Source of the DNA: a virus
Lineage: Duplodnaviria; Caudoviricetes
Direction: 5' to 3' (one strand)
IMG/VR virus record: IMGVR_UViG_3300020037_003256
Location: 32,001-96,000 of that record
Length of the DNA: 64,000 nucleotides
The notes under the pieces are model-generated. The model saw nothing but the letters and a program-made list of their open reading frames with translations, had not been told where the DNA came from and ran no database searches. The stretch's first letter is position 1, and each line of letters starts with the position of its first letter. Below, in pieces: positions 57,121 through 64,000 of the stretch. The translations under genes and the position numbers were made by a program.

Positions 57121-57193
57121 AGTTCTCGGCGGGACTCGAACCCGCAACCGGCGCTTTTAGAGAGCGTTGCTCTACCAATTGAGCTACGAGAAC
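57121..57193 (-). tRNA. amber suppressor tRNA, anticodon CUA (tRNA-Trp-like body, no encoded CCA)
   Basis: GTTCTCG/CGAGAAC acceptor; GCTC-AATTGGTA-GAGC D arm; ACGCT-CTCTAAA-AGCGC anticodon arm; GCGGG-TTCGAGT-CCCGC T arm. Confidence 0.9.
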
Positions 57194-57199
57194 AGGGTA

Positions 57200-57484
57200 C
57201 TAATTACCCTCATCTTCGTCATCAAGTCTGGACGACACCGGATAGCTATTTGTAGGTTCGCCTTTGGAGAAGTCAACGTTGGCAAACTGCTGTGCCAAGC
57301 TCTTTTCTCTCAGACGGTCCACTACCGCTTGCACAGGGGCAGCTTGGCTATCGAATTCCCAAGCCGGATCCGCCTTAGCCATCTCATCCATTTCCTTTTT
57401 GAACTCTTCCGCTATAGCTGAACCGAAACAGAATTCCAGCTTCTTAGCGTACGTGGACATTCGTAGCAAATGCGTAGACCGCAT
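57200..57484 (-). CDS. hypothetical acidic protein, 94 aa
   Basis: AGGAG SD. Confidence 0.55.
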   Translation of the reverse strand: MRSTHLLRMSTYAKKLEFCFGSAIAEEFKKEMDEMAKADPAWEFDSQAAPVQAVVDRLREKSLAQQFANVDFSKGEPTNSYPVSSRLDDEDEGN

Positions 57485-57489
57485 ATCTG

Positions 57490-57858
57490 TTACTCCTTCT
57501 TAGGCTTGTTTCTGCCCCCGGGAGATCCTCGAAAGATATCCTCACCCTCGATACGACCGTAGTAAACCTCCATGAGCTTTACGTTGGTCAGAGCCTCGAA
57601 TTGGTGCATGGTAAACGGTTCAACCGAAAGCACGCATCCCTCTGTAAGCGTATGGGTCGTGATACGCTTACTTTGGTCCCAAACGTGCACCAAAAGAGTT
57701 CCACGCATCACATAGAACTCATTGGTTTTCGCTAAGTGGTAATGTTCGCTGGAGAATCCGCCCTTGCGGATCTCCGCGTACCATACCTCATGCGTTGCAT
57801 CCCGAAAAGCACAATAGGTTTTACCCCACGGTTTTTTTACCTCTTGGAGCTTTTTCAT
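57490..57858 (-). CDS. cupin-fold sugar isomerase-like protein, 122 aa
   Basis: KPWG; SEHYH..K..EFYV; MHQF. Confidence 0.75.
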   Translation of the reverse strand: MKKLQEVKKPWGKTYCAFRDATHEVWYAEIRKGGFSSEHYHLAKTNEFYVMRGTLLVHVWDQSKRITTHTLTEGCVLSVEPFTMHQFEALTNVKLMEVYYGRIEGEDIFRGSPGGRNKPKKE

Positions 57859-60800
57859 TCTTGCGTCCTTGCAAAGTTGTTAGGGTTCCGCATCATCTGA
57901 GAGATCTGTGCCAATCGCTGTTCGTTCTCCTGCTGCTGCAACCATTCGTCCCGAGACTGCGGAACGTTTGGCGGAGCCTGATTCACGGCCTGACCTCTTG
58001 GTCCAATCATACCACCTTGTTGCGGTTGCTGCCCCTGCTGTTGGTTTTGATTACCAAGTAGCAAAGGAAGCAACCCAGCTAGCGTAGATGCTCCGCCCAT
58101 ACCAGCCAATGCAGGCGATCCAGCTGCAATTCCGCCTGCACCACCCATAGCACCACCCAGAATCATGAGTTTCTGTAATGGACTCATGTTGTCTGGATTC
58201 ATTCCTAGGCTGCGGAATATACCATCTGCGTGGCCCATCATGCCACCCAACATACCTTTATTTCCGCCAATGGCCTGCAGAGGATCGAACTTGCCTTCTT
58301 GGTTCAGCAGACCACGTTGGGCCATGTATTTATCCGCAAAGTCTGCTGTGTGGTTTTGAATCTCTGGTAGCATTTCTGCCACTGTGCGACCTGCGGCATT
58401 TCGCATAGATCCTTCCATGCGATCTTCCAGTATGTTCAAACCACCACCAACTGTTGTGGCACCTAAAGCACCCACACCCAAAGCACGACCGACTAGCCCA
58501 GGACGAATACCTAAGCCACGCACAGCTCCAGTTTGCCCAGAACCAATGCGTGTACCGCCTTCCGACAACGTACGCCCAAATAGCGATGGCATGGGTCTGC
58601 CACGCACATAGGCATTAAGGGCTCGTGCGGGGTAGATCAGTGGTTTAAGGAACCCCATAGCAGCTTCGTTTCCGAAGTTGTTTAGTCCTTTGTTAGCGGC
58701 AGCAAACCCCTGATCCGCTTTGCTTAGGATGTTGTGCATCATGGGATTATTAGGAACATACGGCAGTCTGGCTCCGTGATAGTAGTTCGGATTCACGAGG
58801 TTCCCGGTCCCAAGATCAATTGTGTTGCGATTCGCCCCATTGGCATAAAACTTATTTATGCCCCGTTGCTTCAGTACGTGGGCTCCTTGTCCCATTGCAC
58901 CTAAACCCACACCTCCCCACGCTCCTGTGCGTGCAAATGCACCACCTGTGTCGTATCCGAGCAGTTTATCTGCCCCAACGTCCAAAGCCGTACCTGCCCC
59001 TGCGCCTACCCCGGCAAGACGCATACCAGCCATAGGCACTGAAAGACCACCACCTGCAGCTGTATTGGCATATCGCCGTAAACCAGGATTAAATGCAGCA
59101 GCACCAGCCGCCATACCTCGATAATTCAACTTAATGCCCAAACCTGGCACTGTCATATGGTCGCCGCCAAATCCAAGCTCATCCCCTGCAAATCCACCCC
59201 CTAAAGCCCCCATAGTCGTGGCACCGGCCTGGGCCTTAAAGCCGTTAGAGAAACCGCTTCCCCACGATGCAGGTGCATGTGCAGCTGTATTCGCAGCTCC
59301 CGCCGCAGCAGTGTTTGCCGTATTTGCTGCATTGTTTCCACCAGACCACCAATTCTTCAAACCTGTTCGTGCTTTGTTTAATCCTTCACCAAATCGGCTC
59401 CAAGGCCCTGCAATCTTTTCCAACGCTCCTTGCAGCTCATAAGCTGCGTCCGGTCCGTAGTCCATGCCCACTTTCTCTACGGCTAAGTGGGGATCTACCC
59501 CATCTGTAGCACAACGCAGAAAGAACCCTTTGGCAAAAGGGCTCAATTTGGAATACGTAGCCAGCTTCTCCACGGAGAATTGGTTTGCATTCCAAAAAAC
59601 GTTTTTTAGACTCGCTGTCTTCGAACCCAAGGCCATTGCCTCGCTCTGTACGTCTTCCGTGGCTTCTGCGTTCCCTATTGGGTTATCTGCCTGATGTTTG
59701 TCCTGCAACAAAGACTGCGTCACACCCATTTGGTGATTATCTCGCGGAGTAGGCTGCTGCCGCGGAGATGGCACTTTCGGGTTAGTAGGTAAAGGCAATG
59801 GCGGTGGATCCTGCATAGGACTGGTAGTAGGTGCCCCCGTTGTTGGGTCCGGTTGTGTAGGTGGGGGACCGCCAGGACCACCTGGTCCGCCTGGGCCGCC
59901 TGGGCCTGGAGGTGGCCCACCTTGCATTGCGTTAGGATCCTGCATAGGTGCTCCTGTCATAGGGTCTATGCTGGGTTGGCCCATTGTTCCGGGAATAGGT
60001 GCCCCGCCGTTAGGTGGTGGCATAGCCGGAAGGCCTGGTGGTGGAGGTGCCATACCGGCTGGAGGCACTGCCTGATTGGCCGTTAAACCTGGTGTAGGCG
60101 GCAGGGTGGCTGCATGCTTGAACAGAGTAGTTACGATTTTCGGCATGTATTGGGCGGCGGATTTAAGGGTGTCCCATCCAGGTTGTACGACCCCATACGG
60201 CCCCACCTTATTCCCCGGTGCAACCCCCGCCACCTGCTGTTGCTGTCCATTCCCCTGTGCAGCCCCCACATTCATACCAAACTGGGCTCCTGCAACGTTT
60301 CCTGCAAGATTTACCCCATTTCCGCCTCCATATCCTCCCTGTCCATTCCCTGCTCCTGCATACCCTCCCTGCCCACTTGGGCTAAAACCAGCACCTACAC
60401 TTTGTGGTTTATGCAGTGAACTTTGATGGGATTTAGTCAAAGATTTGGTGCCAGTTTGTGGATTTTGCGAAGAGCTAGTCTGCACTTCTGCTCTCTTAAC
60501 ATTTCCCTTGGCAGCTACCACAGCCAATTCCAACCAATCTGGTAGCGCCCTTGCTTCGCCCATTTTCGGCATAGGCATTTGATATTGGCCCTGCGGCATG
60601 GGAGTTTGTTGTTGTAAATTTTGGGTATTTTGCTGTTGTTGGGCTGCCTGTCCCACACCAGCAGCGGTAGCTAATCCGACCTTTCCTGGGGATGCTTTGG
60701 TCACAGGATTAGGATTTCTTTGTGCGGCATTAGCTGCTTGGGCAATACCGGAATTAGGCCCCATTCCGTACATAGATGGAAAGTGCATTTGTCCGCCTAG

Positions 60801-60881
60801 GAACGGGAAACCACCAGGTGTTTGTTGTGTCTTAGGCTGTTGGGGTGCATTGCCAAAAGCGAATTTCGTAAGTATGGACAT
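57855..60881 (-). CDS. large low-complexity (Q/P/G-rich) putative virion/ejection protein (~1008 aa)
   Basis: AAGGAGG SD; segmented by TKFA, VKRA, LKSAA, FKHAA, SKTAS, EKLA, EKIA; Gly-zipper segments. Confidence 0.7.
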   Translation of the reverse strand: MSILTKFAFGNAPQQPKTQQTPGGFPFLGGQMHFPSMYGMGPNSGIAQAANAAQRNPNPVTKASPGKVGLATAAGVGQAAQQQQNTQNLQQQTPMPQGQYQMPMPKMGEARALPDWLELAVVAAKGNVKRAEVQTSSSQNPQTGTKSLTKSHQSSLHKPQSVGAGFSPSGQGGYAGAGNGQGGYGGGNGVNLAGNVAGAQFGMNVGAAQGNGQQQQVAGVAPGNKVGPYGVVQPGWDTLKSAAQYMPKIVTTLFKHAATLPPTPGLTANQAVPPAGMAPPPPGLPAMPPPNGGAPIPGTMGQPSIDPMTGAPMQDPNAMQGGPPPGPGGPGGPGGPGGPPPTQPDPTTGAPTTSPMQDPPPLPLPTNPKVPSPRQQPTPRDNHQMGVTQSLLQDKHQADNPIGNAEATEDVQSEAMALGSKTASLKNVFWNANQFSVEKLATYSKLSPFAKGFFLRCATDGVDPHLAVEKVGMDYGPDAAYELQGALEKIAGPWSRFGEGLNKARTGLKNWWSGGNNAANTANTAAAGAANTAAHAPASWGSGFSNGFKAQAGATTMGALGGGFAGDELGFGGDHMTVPGLGIKLNYRGMAAGAAAFNPGLRRYANTAAGGGLSVPMAGMRLAGVGAGAGTALDVGADKLLGYDTGGAFARTGAWGGVGLGAMGQGAHVLKQRGINKFYANGANRNTIDLGTGNLVNPNYYHGARLPYVPNNPMMHNILSKADQGFAAANKGLNNFGNEAAMGFLKPLIYPARALNAYVRGRPMPSLFGRTLSEGGTRIGSGQTGAVRGLGIRPGLVGRALGVGALGATTVGGGLNILEDRMEGSMRNAAGRTVAEMLPEIQNHTADFADKYMAQRGLLNQEGKFDPLQAIGGNKGMLGGMMGHADGIFRSLGMNPDNMSPLQKLMILGGAMGGAGGIAAGSPALAGMGGASTLAGLLPLLLGNQNQQQGQQPQQGGMIGPRGQAVNQAPPNVPQSRDEWLQQQENEQRLAQISQMMRNPNNFARTQE
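59594..59607. repeat. dispersed palindrome copy 8 (intragenic, encodes LKNVFWN)
   Basis: ATTCC-A6CGT6-AGACT, directly after KTAS. Confidence 0.9.
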
Positions 60882-60967
60882 AGGGTAATAACCCTCCTTG
60901 GCGTCATTAATTGCTTTATTGCTTAACTCAACTCTACCATTTCTGCATGCTTGGGTGGATATGGATT

Positions 60968-61492
60968 TCACTTCGTGCTTTGGCGTGACCGGGAATAAAA
61001 TAATATCCCTTCCAACTCCAACCAAATGCCCATCAAGGACAATTGAAAAATACGATCATATCCGATGGTGTTTAAATTCACATAAACGTTTTGCAGCGTA
61101 ATTGCAGGCTTATCGTTATAAAACAACCTGGCACAATTAAAGCCAAATGCCGTACTTAGCGGCCACAAATATGGACAAGTATTCTCTGGAAAGAAATTAA
61201 ACTCTACAGACACAGCTCTGCCTTGCAGCGGTGAATGTGATGGATAAGGCGACGAATGCAAAGCAGCTGCACCTCTTTTGTCGTGCACGGCTGCAGTAAC
61301 AGTAAAAGAAATGGGATGTGCGTTCCGAAGTACGACTACGGAATCACATTCCAAATTGGCTTCTGTCTGTTTGAGATCCCACTTTGCATTGAAATAGCTG
61401 GCTTTAAGTACCTTGGGCCTGTTTTGTGGGGTAAGTAGGCCATAAGACGTTTTCTCAACATGTTCAAAAACTGCGGTAAGATGCTCTACCAT
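60968..61492 (-). CDS. tandem-array paralog 1 (most diverged), 174 aa
   Basis: EKTSYGLL...KPAITL...GIWLE. Confidence 0.65.
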   Translation of the reverse strand: MVEHLTAVFEHVEKTSYGLLTPQNRPKVLKASYFNAKWDLKQTEANLECDSVVVLRNAHPISFTVTAAVHDKRGAAALHSSPYPSHSPLQGRAVSVEFNFFPENTCPYLWPLSTAFGFNCARLFYNDKPAITLQNVYVNLNTIGYDRIFQLSLMGIWLELEGILFYSRSRQSTK

Positions 61493-61502
61493 TGCGATTC
61501 CT

Positions 61503-62024
61503 TTACGTTATTTCGTGCCCCTTTACAAAGGCATCGAACTCCAACCAACGACCTCTAAGCTCGACATGGACAATACCGCCGTACGCAAAAAACGCACGGA
61601 CACTTCTTATACCCTCACTACGTTTCAGCGTTAAACATGGCTTGTCTTGAAACCAAATAACCACGTTCTCTCCATCCCGTTCCCTTAAATTCATGCGACG
61701 ATTTGGTTTGTGGGGCTGTATGGTTGACCCCGCAGCAGGACAAACCAGCGCTACTTCAGCTAAAGTGCTGTACCTATCAGCAGATTCTTGTCCGTTTCGC
61801 AAGGCTCGCGTGTTTGCTGTGAGATTCACCACATCTTTGCAAACTAGGGGATAGCCATCTACGACAACCACTAAAGCAGGTAGCGTAGCCTGAGAAGGGA
61901 AAGGCACGTGTTCAAAGAAGAATGATTTATACGCCGCATACATACCGCGGCCAGCGTTTTTAGCCGTCAGCAGTCCGTAAGTGGTCTTTTCCATGTAGGC
62001 GTTAATTTCTGCTCGGGTTCTCAT
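61503..62024 (-). CDS. tandem-array paralog 2, 173 aa
   Basis: MRTRAEINAYMEKTTYGLL...DKPCLTL...GRWLEF..FVKGH. Confidence 0.75.
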   Translation of the reverse strand: MRTRAEINAYMEKTTYGLLTAKNAGRGMYAAYKSFFFEHVPFPSQATLPALVVVVDGYPLVCKDVVNLTANTRALRNGQESADRYSTLAEVALVCPAAGSTIQPHKPNRRMNLRERDGENVVIWFQDKPCLTLKRSEGIRSVRAFFAYGGIVHVELRGRWLEFDAFVKGHEIT

Positions 62025-62031
62025 TAAGCTC

Positions 62032-62550
62032 CTATCTCCCTATTGCATGCCCCACTACATAGTCGTTGAACTCTTTCCACACTCCCTTAATGGTTATGAG
62101 GATTAAACCACTATCGAACTTATCAAGACATGGTGGGGCAATGCCGTTGTGCCGCATTAGAGACAAACATGGTCTGTCTTGCTGCCAAATAACCGTGTGC
62201 TCGCTGCCTTTTATTGGAAAGTTGAAAGTACGCCAGGCGGCTGGACGGAACCGCGGCGTTGGTCGAACATCGCTGCAGGCTATTTCTATGGTTGCTGTGG
62301 TGGAGTGCGTTATTGGCGAATATGGCCCGTTTCGCCAAATTCGCACACTTACGTTTAGACTTTTTAGCGCAATGCAGTACACATGCTGACCGTCTACCGT
62401 GTAGATAAGATCAGATCCGGGAGGGGTTGGTGCATGCACGTAGAAGAAAGAGCCACCTCTCGCCCCGGCCACGAACGAAGCCGCATTTTTACTGAGCAAG
62501 CCATAAGTCGTCTTTTTCACATAAGCGTCTATTTGTTCTTTAGTTCTCAT
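62032..62550 (-). CDS. tandem-array paralog 3, 172 aa
   Basis: MRTKEQIDAYVKKTTYGLL...DRPCLSL...WKEFNDYVVGHAI. Confidence 0.8.
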   Translation of the reverse strand: MRTKEQIDAYVKKTTYGLLSKNAASFVAGARGGSFFYVHAPTPPGSDLIYTVDGQHVYCIALKSLNVSVRIWRNGPYSPITHSTTATIEIACSDVRPTPRFRPAAWRTFNFPIKGSEHTVIWQQDRPCLSLMRHNGIAPPCLDKFDSGLILITIKGVWKEFNDYVVGHAIGR

Positions 62551-62557
62551 TGTGCTC

Positions 62558-63073
62558 CTACGATAGTATTGCATGCCCAACGATATAGTCGTGAAACTCT
62601 TTCCACTCTCCCTTAATGAGTATTTGGATTAAACCTGTATCAGCATACTTTTCGATGCAAGGAGGGCTAATGCCTTCGTGCCGCATTAGAGACAAACACG
62701 GTCTGTCTTGCTGCCAAATAACCGTGTGCTCGCTGTCTTTTATTGGAAAGTTAAAAGTACGCCAAGACGCAGGTCGAAGCCATGGCGCTGGTCGAACGTT
62801 TTGGCAAACGATTTCCAGGTTGGCCCAGCTAGTACGCACTATTGACGGATAAGGACCAACTCGCCAAATACGTACATTTACAGTCAGCCGACGCAGATCG
62901 AAACAGTGTACCGGCTGACCGTCTACAGTGTAGGTAAGATTAGATCCGGGAGAGGTTGGTGCGTATGAGTAGAAGAAAGAGCCGCTTCGTGTACTAAGCG
63001 TGGCTGAGTTGTTGTTAAACAGACTGTAGGTCGTCTTTTTCACATAAGCGTCTACTTGTTCTTTAGTTCTCAT
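62558..63073 (-). CDS. tandem-array paralog 4, 171 aa
   Basis: Same motifs; TAGGAG SD. Confidence 0.8.
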   Translation of the reverse strand: MRTKEQVDAYVKKTTYSLFNNNSATLSTRSGSFFYSYAPTSPGSNLTYTVDGQPVHCFDLRRLTVNVRIWRVGPYPSIVRTSWANLEIVCQNVRPAPWLRPASWRTFNFPIKDSEHTVIWQQDRPCLSLMRHEGISPPCIEKYADTGLIQILIKGEWKEFHDYIVGHAILS

Positions 63074-63080
63074 TATGCTC

Positions 63081-63611
63081 CTACGGCAGTATTGCATGCC
63101 CCACTACGTAGTCGTTGAACTCTTTCCACTCGCCCCTAATGGTTATGTGGATTAAACCCGTAGCATACTTTTCGATACAAGGCGGACTAATACCTTCGTG
63201 TCGCATTACGGATAAACATGGCCTGTCGTGCCGCCAAATGACTGTCTGTCTACTACCTCTTATTGGGAAGTTAAAGATACGCGAACCTGCAGGACGAGAC
63301 CACGGCGTCGGATGAACACCACGGCCAGCGATTTCCAGGTTGGTCCAGGCATTACGAACTAGCTGCGGATATGAACCAACTCGCCAAATACGTACATTTA
63401 CAGTCAGCCGGTGTAAATCGAAACAGTGTACCGGCTGACCGTCTACCGTGTAGATAAGATTAGATCCGGGAGGAGTTGGTACGTATGTATAGACAAAAGA
63501 GCCGCTTCGAGTGCTAATCGTGGCAGACGTATCGGGCAAGCCTGTGTTGTTGCCGAGCAAGCCATAAGTCGTCTTTTTAACGTAAGCGTCTATTTGTTCT
63601 TTAGTTCTCAT
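63081..63611 (-). CDS. tandem-array paralog 5, 176 aa
   Basis: Same motifs. Confidence 0.8.
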   Translation of the reverse strand: MRTKEQIDAYVKKTTYGLLGNNTGLPDTSATISTRSGSFVYTYVPTPPGSNLIYTVDGQPVHCFDLHRLTVNVRIWRVGSYPQLVRNAWTNLEIAGRGVHPTPWSRPAGSRIFNFPIRGSRQTVIWRHDRPCLSVMRHEGISPPCIEKYATGLIHITIRGEWKEFNDYVVGHAILP

Positions 63612-63999
63612 TATGCTCCCGTATTTGTATGTCGTGTCCTAGTAGGAATTCGTGGAACTCTTTCCAATGCCCACGAATTCGGACATGGGCCAAATTGTTT
63701 GCATTGGATACGCTAGGGTCCCCTAGCCCGCCACTTTGCGTTAAGGTGAGACAAGGACGGTCTCGCCACCAGATAACCATGTTCCGCACACTAGGCACAG
63801 GAAAATCGAAGTCGAGAAGATCGAGACTTATTCGACCAGGTTCGGGAAGAATTGCAGAACAAGCTATCGTTACCTCCGTTAAGCTGCCCGCTGTCGTTTG
63901 TGTGATCTTGTTTACCCAGTACCACGAATCTACAGTTATGAATACGGTCTTTTGGCAAAGCACGTGCTGTCCATCCACGTCCAGCACCAAGTCTGTAGC
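63601..63999 (-). CDS. tandem-array paralog 6 (5' end outside the window)
   Basis: VDGQHV.C...DRPCLTL...GHWKEFHEFLLGH. Confidence 0.75.
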   Translation of the reverse strand, partial: ATDLVLDVDGQHVLCQKTVFITVDSWYWVNKITQTTAGSLTEVTIACSAILPEPGRISLDLLDFDFPVPSVRNMVIWWRDRPCLTLTQSGGLGDPSVSNANNLAHVRIRGHWKEFHEFLLGHDIQIREHNEN

Positions 64000-64000
64000 A

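Noticed and set aside
57121-57193. tRNA-Pyl
   Set aside because: Canonical D-loop GG, TTCGA T-loop, 5-nt variable loop and standard anticodon stem do not fit tRNA-Pyl; no pyl genes seen
1-64000. Genome-wide TAG reassignment
   Set aside because: Code-11 ORFs tile the window densely, conserved enzymes are full length, and TAG stops are followed by properly spaced new starts
1-64000. The many plus-strand ORFs in the track
   Set aside because: They are antisense shadows of minus-strand genes with no recognisable motifs; only the csrA portion of 33146-33643 is supported
60968-64000. Diversity-generating retroelement or CRISPR array as the explanation for the repeats
   Set aside because: The repeats are whole protein-coding paralogs with indels; no reverse transcriptase, cas gene or repeat-spacer periodicity is seen in the window

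Overview
A 64-kb segment of a large tailed (jumbo-type) bacteriophage genome. Nearly all genes are on the minus strand and read in the standard code. Bases 1-29 kb are a head/virion module (probable major capsid protein, scaffold-like protein, prohead protease, many K-x-A-motif proteins). Embedded in it is a multi-subunit RNA polymerase in three genes: beta ending in the N-half of a split intein; the intein C-half fused to the end of beta plus the catalytic half of beta' (NADFDGD); and the C-half of beta' fused to a long extension. Bases 29-37 kb hold a class II ribonucleotide reductase, a pyrophosphatase/HAD multidomain protein, csrA (the only plus-strand gene), a 2H-phosphoesterase-like gene and a LuxR-type HTH. 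Bases 37-58 kb are a glycan-synthesis island with a metacaspase, GroES and two Tad1-like genes, followed by an amber-suppressor tRNA(CUA). Bases 58-64 kb hold a ~1000-aa low-complexity virion-type protein and at least six tandem paralogs. Best leads: (1) an RNAP apparently assembled by protein trans-splicing; (2) eight dispersed AAAAAACGTTTTTT palindromes, either just upstream of start codons or beside K-x-A linkers; (3) a phage CsrA with CsrA-box matches over three consecutive head-gene ribosome-binding sites; (4) the amber tRNA, near TAG junctions one of which is already converted to a sense codon. All protein calls come from motif recognition by eye; no searches were run, so novelty is unverified.
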